A stretch of DNA of 64,000 nucleotides from Candidatus Amesbacteria bacterium (GCA_963736875.1 CAVTQH010000004.1:88050-152049), one strand, 5' to 3'. Positions 20,938-30,801 are shown, numbered from the stretch's first letter. Numbers and translations are program-made. Notes: generated by a model not told the origin, from the letters alone.

Positions 20938-21444
20938 ATGTCATCTATTCCGGATTTCCAATCATTGATTACCAAGATTAACCAGATGAAAAATTCTGGA
21001 GCATTGGATTTGTCCCTTGAAGAAGATCTGAGTATTGCAGTGATGAATCTGATTAGCCTCGAAGAACATTTCTTCTTCACATCCCAGAAAACCGGTAAAG
21101 ATACATATCTTGATTTACTCAAACAAATCCGGGAAATCAGGAAAAAACTACTGGCTCGTCTGATTAACAGTCACGAAGGTGAAACCTGGTGTATAACCAA
21201 GCATTTACTGGCTACTACCATGCGCATGATGGAAGTGGCCACAAAGCTTCTCGGAGAGGGTAAAAATAAAGAGGCCAAAGAGATGTTTTCTTTAAGCTAT
21301 CAGGTTTACTCATTATTTTGGGCTCTGCGTCTTAAATTGCTTGATTTAAAAGGACTTAAGTCTCCTGAATTATTCCCCTCAGACGGTAAATCCTGGACAA
21401 TGTCGGATATTGTTACCAAACTGGTTGACTGCTGCAAAGAATAA
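20938..21444 (+). CDS. Hypothetical protein
   Basis: 168-aa ORF between ccdA and the thioredoxin-like gene. Confidence 0.3.
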   Translation: MSSIPDFQSLITKINQMKNSGALDLSLEEDLSIAVMNLISLEEHFFFTSQKTGKDTYLDLLKQIREIRKKLLARLINSHEGETWCITKHLLATTMRMMEVATKLLGEGKNKEAKEMFSLSYQVYSLFWALRLKLLDLKGLKSPELFPSDGKSWTMSDIVTKLVDCCKE

Positions 21445-21820
21445 TATGAACAAAAAGGTGGGTATATCTATTATTGTTGCTACACTACTCTTCACTGTCG
21501 CAGGAATTTTTCTGGTAGCCCGGAGTCAGCAACCGGTTGACACGGGGTTGGACGAGTTTGCCAAGTGTTTAACTGCTAAGGGAGCTGTAATGTACGGTGC
21601 TGCCTGGTGTGCCCATTGTCAGAAAGTAAAAGCTGCTTTTGGATCCTCTTTTAAATATATCGACTATGTTGAATGTCCCGTAAATGCACAAAAATGCGTT
21701 AGTGAGGGAATAACCGGATATCCGACCTGGAAATTTTCGGACGGTTCAAGGCTGGAAGGGGAGCAACCACTGGAAAAAATCTCTGAATTTACAGGCTGTT
21801 CTTTGCCTGTAAACAAATGA
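21410..21820 (+). CDS. Membrane-anchored thioredoxin-like protein (WCAHC active site), resembling the VKOR-associated Trx-like domain
   Basis: N-terminal TM, YGAAWCAHCQK...GYPTW motif. Confidence 0.65.
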   Translation: MLPNWLTAAKNNMNKKVGISIIVATLLFTVAGIFLVARSQQPVDTGLDEFAKCLTAKGAVMYGAAWCAHCQKVKAAFGSSFKYIDYVECPVNAQKCVSEGITGYPTWKFSDGSRLEGEQPLEKISEFTGCSLPVNK

Positions 21821-22470
21821 TTTTTTCTGCTTTATTTATTGTTTCCGCATTAACTCTGGCACCATGGTATTTTCCTCTGGATGATTATTACGCGAGACCG
21901 AGTTTAAAATATTTCAGTCAATATATTGACCGGAATTACTACATCGGAAAAGAAAACCAATTTCCCAATCAGTTTACCGGGTACCATGCAGGCACTGACT
22001 TGGAAATACTTCCGGGAGAAGAAAATATATTAGTTCCTGTCTACGCTATTACGACAGGAAAAATAATATTTTCAGGCCCGGTTTCGGGTTACGGTGGTGT
22101 CATCCTGCAGACTCTTTATAACAACAGTCTTACTGCTTTATATGGGCATATCAAAATTGGTTCATTTAATTTTAGGGTCGGTGATACAATTAATGCCGGA
22201 ACTTTCCTGGCATATCTCGGAGAAGGATTTTCTGATCAGACGGGCGGTGAACGTAAACATCTTCACTTTGGAATATATAAAGGCTCAGAACGGTATTTCC
22301 ATGGTTATGAAACAAATTTAAATCTTTTACAGCAGCGTTGGGTTGATCCGGTAAAATTTCTTAATGATAAATCTGCAATATCAGTTCCCATTCCCGCTTC
22401 TGCAACCACACCATCAGCTTCTTTATTAATATATTTATTCTCGCTCCTGAAAACAATTTTCAGGTTCTGA
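21817..22470 (+). CDS. M23 family metallopeptidase (LytM-like)
   Basis: YHAGTDLE ... GHIKIG ... HLHFGIY motifs. Its ATG overlaps the TGA of the upstream gene. Confidence 0.8.
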   Translation: MIFSALFIVSALTLAPWYFPLDDYYARPSLKYFSQYIDRNYYIGKENQFPNQFTGYHAGTDLEILPGEENILVPVYAITTGKIIFSGPVSGYGGVILQTLYNNSLTALYGHIKIGSFNFRVGDTINAGTFLAYLGEGFSDQTGGERKHLHFGIYKGSERYFHGYETNLNLLQQRWVDPVKFLNDKSAISVPIPASATTPSASLLIYLFSLLKTIFRF

Positions 22471-22474
22471 CCAG

Positions 22475-22545
22475 CTACCGGGCTAGGATTCGAACCTAGA
22501 TACACAGATCCAAAGTCTGTGGTCCTACCATTAGACGACCCGGTA
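22475..22545 (-). tRNA. tRNA-Gln (anticodon TTG)
   Basis: Cloverleaf folded by hand: acceptor TACCGGG/CCCGGTA, anticodon loop CTTTGGA, T-loop GGTTCGAATCC. Coordinates approximate. Confidence 0.8.
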
Positions 22546-22582
22546 ATACACTCAATTTTACCCTAATTTACCAAAAATATAT

Positions 22583-23336
22583 TTATTCTTTTCTATAGTT
22601 TCGTGGCAATTGTGCCCTGATTAGACCATAAACTATTTTATCAGCCCCCTCAAAATCTTCTGCGTTCTTAATCTTCTGTTCTATCAGTAGTTTTTGTATC
22701 TCAGCAGCCGAAATTGGTTCTCCGTATTTTAAAGTATATCCGTAAAAATTTAAATCGTACACGTCCTCGGGATTTTTATCTTTTACCCACATCCCCACAG
22801 GCACCACGTATGGATTTTCATCCTGGGTTAATTTCAATAAAGCTTGCATCGCAATATTTTCCTTACCCGGTTCACCCATAGGCCCCTTTACTCTTGTAAC
22901 CTGAGGCCATATTTCTACAACTCCTCCATTATTTATTATTTTTTTAGATTTTTTTAAAAATTCCAATAATCCTTCGCCTCTTCTACCTTGATATTTCTTC
23001 TCTGAACTTTTCATTTTTTGTTTCAATGTATGGAGTAACCACGGCTGTTATTCCTAAATTTAATTTAAATCTTTTATTTAGAAATTGTACGTATACATAC
23101 AGGTAGTGTGTAACTGCCAGTTCAATATCTCTGTTTCTTATGCTTTTAAATCTTAAAGAATCTCCAACGCCATGTGGCCCGTCCGGTAAACCAAAATGAT
23201 TATGGGCAAATATCAATGGTTTGCCTTCCAGTTTATCAAGATTTTCGTCAGTTTCTGAAAAATTTTCAATTACATCCCATTTACCAAATATCTTACCGAC
23301 AGCCTCCCTGCCTTTAATTGTTTCTTTTGATGGCAT
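22583..23336 (-). CDS. plsC: Lysophospholipid (1-acyl-glycerol-3-phosphate) acyltransferase, PlsC-like; split into two ORFs by an apparent frameshift
   Basis: HX4D motif (HNHFGLPD) in the 22983..23336 ORF; FPEGTR-like block (EIWPQVTR) in the 22583..23026 ORF. The two overlap in different frames at an A6/T6 run. Confidence 0.55.
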
Positions 23337-23366
23337 ATTTTAATAGGCAGGATTATATACTTTTTG

Positions 23367-23438
23367 TGGGCTCGGAGGGAATCGAACCCTCAGTCGTCTT
23401 CTTAAGAGGAAGCTGCTTTGCCGTTAAGCTACGAACCC
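23367..23438 (-). tRNA. tRNA-Lys (anticodon CTT)
   Basis: Hand fold: acceptor GGGTTCG/CGAGCCC (one G-U pair), anticodon loop CTCTTAA, T-loop TTCGATT. One G-A mismatch in the anticodon stem. Confidence 0.75.
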
Positions 23439-23513
23439 TGGCGCCCCTGGGAGGAATCGGACCTCCATCTTATCCTTAGAGGGGATTTGCTCTGTCCATT
23501 GAGCTACAGGGGC
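23439..23513 (-). tRNA. tRNA-Arg (anticodon TCT), CCA encoded
   Basis: Hand fold: acceptor GCCCCTG/CAGGGGC, discriminator G then CCA, anticodon loop CCTCTAA (C at position 33 is unusual). It abuts tRNA-Lys with zero spacer. Confidence 0.65.
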
Positions 23514-23552
23514 TTAGCTGCGATTTTACCTCATCCTGCGGTTTAATCTAAA

Positions 23553-25472
23553 TTATTTCCCCTGAGTCGTACTCAAACTCATCAGAATAATTTGTCTTAA
23601 CTGTTCGGTAGAATAATTGCTTTCAATAATAGATCTTAAGCCTCCGTTACCATCGGATTCTATTCTGAAAGATATACTTAAATTAGCCGGCAGAGGAATA
23701 CCATTAGGTAAATTCTCATTTATTTTGATTTCAAAATCGGAATTATCGGGATTTTCACTCAGGCTTGATGAATTTATGGAAATTTCGTCATTAGGCATCC
23801 CCGGATAATAGCTATGGGGAATCAGACTGACTTCAAAAACGGCATTTCCCCAAATCTCGCTTCCATGAATCTGACGAAGCTTTTCATAAGGCAATCCCAA
23901 TTGATTTGAATAAGCCAGAACGGATCTGTTTAAAAGTGTAGCTACATCACAGGCTCCTCCTCCTACGGGAAAATCGCTGCCGTTAATCCATTCTTCACCG
24001 GAAAAGTAATTATTGGATTTTAAAAACGAGTATTCACTTCCCGGAATTAAATAATTACTTTCAAAATAATTATTGACATTTCTTACAGCCGTATCGACAT
24101 TCTGCAAGGTGCCGTTTTTTATCTCAGTACTTTCGAATGTGGCTGCTAAAAATTCCGATTGCCCCAGTCTTTCAATGCTGACCAGATCGACTGACATGAT
24201 TGTCCTGTGGGTGTGCATTGATACCCCTTCTCCATTTACCATACCTCCGCATACCACAGTATCTATTCCCGGATTCTCCAGGTTGTTATCCTGTATCAGG
24301 CTGGCGATATCCCTCATCATCGGCCTTTTGGGATCTGAAAACACTCTGGCAGCTGAGTTATAATCTTCTACCGTTACGGTATTTAGCGCAACTATTCTAA
24401 AATGGTAAACCTCATTTCCCTGGATAAATGATTTCTCCTCTCCAATCATCAAATCATGGTACCAGGCAGCGTTTTTGACCCAGTTGCAGGGCCATTCTAT
24501 ACCGGCAACTGATCCGCTGTGACAGTAAATAATCGCCCTGCCGTTGTTTCCCTGTTCTACTGCGGTGGTATTCATATCAATATTTAATAACGGATTTTCA
24601 AATCCGTTACCCCAACCGGCTTCCGCTGCTTGCTGGGCATTATTGTATCTGTTGACATCAATATTTTTAGCTTCCAGTTGCAGTTGGTTCCCGTAACCCA
24701 TGACACTTGCGATCTTTTCTGAAGCCTTCATAATAAACGGTTGGCTTAAATCCAGATTACCTCCCAAAGAAGTAGTCGGGTTCAGCCATTCATAATAATT
24801 AATTTTTGTTTCTGTGGGTGTGGGTACGGAGGTTTCTTTTAACCCTGCCGTGGGTAAAATTGTTGGCCTTACTGTAGCTGCGGATTCCCTTACCCCTGTA
24901 TTTTCGAAAGTGTGAATTAAAGTTACCCCGGATGTTTCAACAACCCGGGTATTTTCCTGTTTTAGTATTTCCCGGCCTGAATTATTATCAAAATCTCCCA
25001 ATAGATTCAAACCCAGACAGGCAACAGGTATCACTGATATTAGCGAAGCCGAAAAAGCAAGCTTTACCTCCCTGCTTTTAAGTTTTTTCGAGAAATCTCT
25101 TATTTTGGCAAGTCCCAGACATGCCACAGCCGTAATTTTTTCAATCTCTTCTTTGAACAATAATTCTGCTTTTGGTTGATAATTATCCATCACCGTCTCG
25201 GAAAACTCTATAACTCTTTTTCTTTGCTTTTCTTTATCTTCTGAATCCGGCCATTTTCCAACAGTCAATTGCGTTTGTATAAAATTACGGTAATCCTGCC
25301 GGGCGATCTCCTGTTTTTCTGCTGATTTACATAAATCTCCGGGATTTATTACTTTCAAAGCCATGTCAGACTGCAGTTCTTCCTGCCACCTGATTACCTG
25401 ATGGGCGGCATATATTTTAGCCAGATTTCTTGTTTTTTTCAAACTCCGGAGTAAATTTTCGTTTGTTTCCAT
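23553..25472 (-). CDS. Large hypothetical membrane-anchored protein with a VanW-like C-terminal domain
   Basis: 639 aa, one TM segment. GGGACDVATLL resembles the VanW G.GVCQ.STTL motif. Confidence 0.35.
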   Translation of the reverse strand: METNENLLRSLKKTRNLAKIYAAHQVIRWQEELQSDMALKVINPGDLCKSAEKQEIARQDYRNFIQTQLTVGKWPDSEDKEKQRKRVIEFSETVMDNYQPKAELLFKEEIEKITAVACLGLAKIRDFSKKLKSREVKLAFSASLISVIPVACLGLNLLGDFDNNSGREILKQENTRVVETSGVTLIHTFENTGVRESAATVRPTILPTAGLKETSVPTPTETKINYYEWLNPTTSLGGNLDLSQPFIMKASEKIASVMGYGNQLQLEAKNIDVNRYNNAQQAAEAGWGNGFENPLLNIDMNTTAVEQGNNGRAIIYCHSGSVAGIEWPCNWVKNAAWYHDLMIGEEKSFIQGNEVYHFRIVALNTVTVEDYNSAARVFSDPKRPMMRDIASLIQDNNLENPGIDTVVCGGMVNGEGVSMHTHRTIMSVDLVSIERLGQSEFLAATFESTEIKNGTLQNVDTAVRNVNNYFESNYLIPGSEYSFLKSNNYFSGEEWINGSDFPVGGGACDVATLLNRSVLAYSNQLGLPYEKLRQIHGSEIWGNAVFEVSLIPHSYYPGMPNDEISINSSSLSENPDNSDFEIKINENLPNGIPLPANLSISFRIESDGNGGLRSIIESNYSTEQLRQIILMSLSTTQGK

Positions 25473-26031
25473 CGATATTCTTTTATCCAGGTCCTTCTGT
25501 CCTCAAATCGACTGCTGTTTCCCACACCGTGTGCCAGACATTATTTTCCTGTTTCATATCATTATAAGTTTCTTTAAAGCGAACATGATAGGCACGCGAA
25601 ACCTTCCTCCCAGGGGAGTTTTTTCCACTCTGCATATCTGAAATCTGATTCCATATCATTTTTTTAGTTTTTCGCTCTGCCATAAACTCTGGAGAGCTCA
25701 TCAGTCCGGATTTTCCGGAGAAACTAAGGAGATGGTGCGGTGGTAATTGGGAAAGGATTGGTTGGGGGAAATTTATTTTTTTAGAATAAATTTATAATTG
25801 CAAATGCAATTTCCCTGATCCAACATCACTTTCTTACTTACTCACACACACTCATCTCCTATTAATCCTCATTAAAAACTTTCGGCAATAGCCAAATATG
25901 ATCGCATTGATCAATAGGCGAGTGCCTAAGTTTAAAAATGGGGAAGAGAAGAGAGTTTTTGGGTTCCTCGAGAGGGCGTACATCCTATTAGGATATCTTT
26001 AGCCCCCCCGAGGTTCCTATTTAGTTAAAAT

Positions 26032-27309
26032 TTAACCCACCTTTTTTCGAATTATCGCTTTAACAAAATATATTGGTAAACCAATCACCAGAAATATAAT
26101 CACTCCGCAAACAATAATTATTGGCAGAAGATTATCTTCTACACCTGTATTTGGAGCGGGTTGTACTTCTGGTTTAGGTGTTTCTTGTTGTGTAGGTATA
26201 GCTGTAATCGTTGGATTTGGAGGAGGTGTGCCAGTTTGAGTTGGAGGGGGATTTGTAGCCGTAGGTGTTGGTGTATCAGGAATAGTGCAATTTAGTTCTT
26301 CACTAAAATCTTTTCGAACAATTAATTGCCCCTGATATGAGATTTCTATCCACTCGGTCACAGTACCAACAAACAACTCCGGCATATCCCCTTCAGGTCC
26401 ACCCCACTCACCAGGAGGAACTTCTTGATATTGAGGAGGCACCCTTGATACCAAATAATTTGCGGCCCAAATTTCACCTTCCACGTGTATATCAACCTGA
26501 TTAATGTTTTTTACCCTTAACCATGGCTGGACGCAATTGATATCTTGTGACCATTCAAAGTTCCATCCGGGAGGTTGGGTAACGGTAGGTGTGGGTTGGG
26601 GAGCGCAATTCAATGTTTCAGGTCCAAAAGATTGTGTTTCTATTACCTCTCCATTGAAAGATAATTCTAACTCTCCACCAACGGTTCCCTGAAAATCAGT
26701 AAACCAATCACCAAGAGTTTCCTCTGGTCCGCACCATCCGTCTATAGGGCATACTGATCCTGGAGGCATTTCTCCAATTACTACTTTATCTCCGTCAACC
26801 GGCTGAGCCCACACATTTCCTGAAATACCAATTTCAACATCCGAAAGGTTGTGAGCTTTTGCTCCAACATGTTGACAATTTGCTTGCCATTCAAAATCGA
26901 ATAAAAATGTTGGTGGTTCGGTCGGAGTTGGAGATGGTTCCGGTGTATTAGTTGGGGTTGGTTCTGGGGTTGGACATTGTACTTGGTATACGACTAAGTA
27001 GCTTATATCGGGTATTTGCCCTCCATCATTGGTCCAATCCACATCCCATCCACCGGATAGCCAAAACTTTTCGCTGTTTTCTGTACCTGCTTTAACACAG
27101 ATTTCGGCTTCTCCGTTGGATACCTCCACATGATGTCCTGACCAGTCTATGACGACACCGTCAATTACTTCGTTGCCTTCACCAGAATCGAACTTGGTTC
27201 CGCCTTCAGGGCAATGTTGATCTTCTGGTGGTGCAGCTACTGCAACATTTACAACAAACAAAAACATTATTGTGAATACCAAAACAAATACAATTTTTTT
27301 AGCGTCCAT
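26032..27309 (-). CDS. Secreted Pro/Thr-rich surface protein with two ~100-aa internal repeats and a sortase-like C-terminal sorting signal (APNTG + TM + RKK)
   Basis: Signal peptide. Repeats begin DFEWQANCQ... and NFEWSQDINC... and are separated by PTPEPTPT linkers. The C-terminus is APNTG-hydrophobic-RKKVG. Confidence 0.5.
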   Translation of the reverse strand: MDAKKIVFVLVFTIMFLFVVNVAVAAPPEDQHCPEGGTKFDSGEGNEVIDGVVIDWSGHHVEVSNGEAEICVKAGTENSEKFWLSGGWDVDWTNDGGQIPDISYLVVYQVQCPTPEPTPTNTPEPSPTPTEPPTFLFDFEWQANCQHVGAKAHNLSDVEIGISGNVWAQPVDGDKVVIGEMPPGSVCPIDGWCGPEETLGDWFTDFQGTVGGELELSFNGEVIETQSFGPETLNCAPQPTPTVTQPPGWNFEWSQDINCVQPWLRVKNINQVDIHVEGEIWAANYLVSRVPPQYQEVPPGEWGGPEGDMPELFVGTVTEWIEISYQGQLIVRKDFSEELNCTIPDTPTPTATNPPPTQTGTPPPNPTITAIPTQQETPKPEVQPAPNTGVEDNLLPIIIVCGVIIFLVIGLPIYFVKAIIRKKVG

Positions 27310-27896
27310 TTTTTCCTCTCTTTTGTTTTTTCTCTTTTTCTTTTTTAAACAATTCTCTTACCACATGATTAATACAATGTTGTTTATTTTTTTTACACAT
27401 GGGTAGACTCCTTAAAAAAATGGATTCAATTGCTACATCTCTCCTGGAGAACACAAATGGATAAATTCACAAATGAAAAAGTTCATGAGAGATCAGATTG
27501 GAAACAACATATCCGATTCCATATCCGGCCAAAAATACAAAAACTGTATTCGCTTATCCCTCAACCAAAATTCCCTTGATTGTTGCGAACTGGGTTAACT
27601 TTAAAACTCTCCTGCGTTTATAAGACGCGCAGAAGGCCCGGCACACCAACCCTAGCACAAGATGGTGATAATAAACCCGGACCCTCGACGCGTCTCACAA
27701 CCCACAAGAAAGATTATTATTCAAACTCTCTTACTCTCTGTTTTTAATGTGCTAGAAAACAAAAAGACTTCGGCCAGACAATTGTCTTGCGTTATAAGAC
27801 TATGGCTAGCCAGTCTCGTGAGCAATAATATCGTATTACAGGCCTCCTGTCAACCAGTCTCTGGTACCCGGTGCTTATTGCCTATATAATGAATTT

Positions 27897-30077
27897 ATGG
27901 CTTTAAAAGTCCTGTCTTTGCGTGTACCCCGGGAGTCGGAAAACACTCCCGAGCAAACCGCCCAGCTTCTGGCTTCCCTTGCCCGTGCCACTAAAGGCGC
28001 TGATTTTCTGGGGCGAATCTCCGGTATTAAACCCATCTACCTCTCATTTGAAGTCACCCTGGTTCACGGTCAAATAACTTTTGCCATTGTTTACCCTGAA
28101 CAATTAGCCTCATTTGTGCAGTCCCAGGCTCTCGCTACATATTCCGACGTGGTAATGTCCGAAATCAAAGATTATCTGCCTGATTGGTTTTCTGATGATA
28201 AACAAGTCTATTGCTCCGCCATCCGCCAGTCGTATGCCCCTTATTATCCACTCCGTGATTATGCCGACTACAAAGAAGTCGACCCCATGCTTCCTCTTCT
28301 GGGTGTGCTCTCCAAAGCCGGACCTGACGATAAAATACTCATCCAGTTTGTGGTCAGACCTGCACCCGGAAATATTACCCGTCAGGCATACAACTACCTG
28401 CACCCCAAAAGCCGGGTTGATTCCCAGGGCAGGACAATCAGGGAAGTTACACCTGAAGGCAAGAAAATTATTGAAGACAAACTATCCCATCCCCTGGTAG
28501 GGGTTTCCATCCATTTTGCTGCTACCCGCCGTGAACTTCTTCACGATCTGAAAGGTGCAATTTCTGTTTTGGATCGTCCTGACGGCAATTCTCTGGTACC
28601 CGCCAGAATCAACCCCTGGCGTAAATACCGTCTCCAACACTGTATTATAAGCCGTGAGCCTTTTACCACCTTCTCGGTGCCTTACACGGTCTTAAACGTG
28701 ATGGAATTATCCTCTCTCTGGCACCTTCCCGGAGTCTATACCAAGCTGCCCAATGTCGCCTGGTCAGTCTCTGCGTCTTTTTCCGAAGCTCCTGAAAACC
28801 TGCCTGTCTATGACAGGGGAGCCAAAGACCAGGAACTAACAACTAACGACGAAATAAACTTCTTTGCAGCTACCACCTTTAAAAATCAGCCTGCCACTTT
28901 TGGAATCCGGCTGGAAGACCGGCTCCGTCATATGTATATTCTGGGAAAGTCCGGTACCGGTAAATCCACGCTTCTGGAAAATATGGCAGTGGATGATTTT
29001 AAAAAGGGCAGGGGAGTAGCTTTCATCGATCCTCACGGCGACAGTGCCGAAGTCCTTTTAAACTATATTCCCTCTCACCGGATAAACGATGTTATTTACT
29101 TTAATCCGGCAGATAGGGAAAATCCGATTTCCTTAAATATTCTTGAGGTTTATAACCCTGATCAGGCAGAGCTGGTTACTTCAGGTATTGTGGCCATATT
29201 TCACAAGCTTTACGGACACTCGTGGGGTCCCCGCCTTGAATATATCCTCCGAAATACACTTTTGACACTTACCCAGATTCCCGGCTCAACCCTTCCCGAC
29301 GTGGTCAGAATGCTTACCGACACCGACTTTCGTAAGGGAAATTACAAAAAAATTGCCAATAGCCAGCTTCTGTCTTTTTGGCAGAATGAATACGACAAAC
29401 TGGACGAAAAAACCCGGACTGAACAAATCAGCAGTATTCTCAACAAAGTCGGTCAGTTTGTAAATTCCCCGCTTATTCATAATCTTATCTGTCATCCCAA
29501 ATCATCCATAAATCTTGAGGATCTTTTAAATTCCGGTAAAATCCTCATCGCCAACCTTTCCCAGGGAAAACTCGGCGAAGACAATGCCGCACTTTTGGGA
29601 GCCATGTTTATCACCAAGCTGCAGCTGGCTGCCATGAACCGGGTGGATCTGCCCAAAGAAAGCCGCCGGGAATTTTTCCTCTACGTTGACGAGTTTCAGA
29701 ATTTTGCCACCGAAAGTTTTATCAAAATCCTGTCTGAAGCCAGAAAATTCCATCTGGGCCTGATACTTGCAAATCAGTATATCGCCCAGATCCCCGAACC
29801 GATTCAGAAAGCCATTTTCGGTAATGCCGGCACCACCATCTGTTTTGTTTTGGGTTCGGAAGACGCCCGGGTGATGGAGGCTGAATTCGGTGGTGCCTTT
29901 TCGGCAGCCAATCTTGTCAGTCTGCAGAAATATCAGATCGCTTTAAGAATGACTATTGAAGGAGCTGTTTCCCTTCCCTTTTTAGCAGTTACTCTTCCCC
30001 CTCACAAATCCCAAAATCAAAACCGCGAAAAAGTTCTTCAATCCTCACGCCAAAGATATTCATTAAAAATCAAGTAA
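27897..30077 (+). CDS. P-loop ATPase of the TraG/TraD/VirD4 coupling-protein (TraG-D_C / FtsK-HerA-like) type
   Basis: Walker A GKSGTGKST, Walker B FFLYVDEFQNF, C-terminal LILANQYIAQ block. The N-terminal ~250 aa have unknown function. This gene and its neighbours are GC-richer than the local average. Confidence 0.5.
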   Translation: MALKVLSLRVPRESENTPEQTAQLLASLARATKGADFLGRISGIKPIYLSFEVTLVHGQITFAIVYPEQLASFVQSQALATYSDVVMSEIKDYLPDWFSDDKQVYCSAIRQSYAPYYPLRDYADYKEVDPMLPLLGVLSKAGPDDKILIQFVVRPAPGNITRQAYNYLHPKSRVDSQGRTIREVTPEGKKIIEDKLSHPLVGVSIHFAATRRELLHDLKGAISVLDRPDGNSLVPARINPWRKYRLQHCIISREPFTTFSVPYTVLNVMELSSLWHLPGVYTKLPNVAWSVSASFSEAPENLPVYDRGAKDQELTTNDEINFFAATTFKNQPATFGIRLEDRLRHMYILGKSGTGKSTLLENMAVDDFKKGRGVAFIDPHGDSAEVLLNYIPSHRINDVIYFNPADRENPISLNILEVYNPDQAELVTSGIVAIFHKLYGHSWGPRLEYILRNTLLTLTQIPGSTLPDVVRMLTDTDFRKGNYKKIANSQLLSFWQNEYDKLDEKTRTEQISSILNKVGQFVNSPLIHNLICHPKSSINLEDLLNSGKILIANLSQGKLGEDNAALLGAMFITKLQLAAMNRVDLPKESRREFFLYVDEFQNFATESFIKILSEARKFHLGLILANQYIAQIPEPIQKAIFGNAGTTICFVLGSEDARVMEAEFGGAFSAANLVSLQKYQIALRMTIEGAVSLPFLAVTLPPHKSQNQNREKVLQSSRQRYSLKIK

Positions 30078-30085
30078 CTGATACT

Positions 30086-30766
30086 TTATATTCCCGGGGC
30101 TGTCCAGATCCTGGCTTTCGATTTCAATTCTTCAACCCACTTGTTGGCTTCCGTCTGTAATTTAGATACTTTCAGCATGTCCGTTGCTTCTTTTCTTTTA
30201 GCCTCATCCGTCGCGGAAGTCATCAGACTTTTATTCTGTGACAGATAAGCGTCCAATTCAGTTTCTGAAACCGCAATCTTATCACTCAATATTTTCTCGA
30301 TCCCGATCCTAAGTTCCAGCTGCTTGCGAAAATCCGTCAGATTCGTACCGTTAGCCGCCAAAACCTCTTCCAGATTGCTGTTTTCTCCCAAAGTAGACTT
30401 AATCTCTTCCACTTTGGCATCAATTTCAGACTGCGTAACTTTGATGTTGTTCTTTTTCAATTCACCGTCAATTAATTTCCTGGTAATTAAATCGTCAACC
30501 ACTGCTTTCCCTCCCTGTTTAAACAATTCCTTGGAAACCTCATATCTGGTAATCGGTTTCATGCCGACAATGGCCACAATTGGCCAGGTAGATGTTTTGT
30601 ACCAGAACAACACAAAAACCACCAAAACTGCCAGTACACCAATAATTAAAGATGTTTTCTTATTTTTACCGGGATTTGCGGAATTCCCGAAGACCTCACT
30701 TTTCACAACTTCTCCGAAATCGGGAGTTACGGTTTTTCTTATCCTTTTAACGGCCATAACAATCAT
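30086..30766 (-). CDS. Membrane-anchored SurA N-terminal-domain-like chaperone (no PPIase domain)
   Basis: TM anchor then a helical domain resembling SurA_N/PpiD N-terminus. Weak. Confidence 0.35.
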   Translation of the reverse strand: MIVMAVKRIRKTVTPDFGEVVKSEVFGNSANPGKNKKTSLIIGVLAVLVVFVLFWYKTSTWPIVAIVGMKPITRYEVSKELFKQGGKAVVDDLITRKLIDGELKKNNIKVTQSEIDAKVEEIKSTLGENSNLEEVLAANGTNLTDFRKQLELRIGIEKILSDKIAVSETELDAYLSQNKSLMTSATDEAKRKEATDMLKVSKLQTEANKWVEELKSKARIWTAPGI

Positions 30767-30801
30767 GTTATCATGAGTAAAACCTATCGTCCAGTAGATA
30801 A

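Noticed and set aside
27662-27889. 75-aa ORF in the leader of the TraG-like gene
   Set aside because: No start context or motif, and Leu/Ser-rich low complexity. The region is better explained as non-coding with the repeated hairpin motifs.
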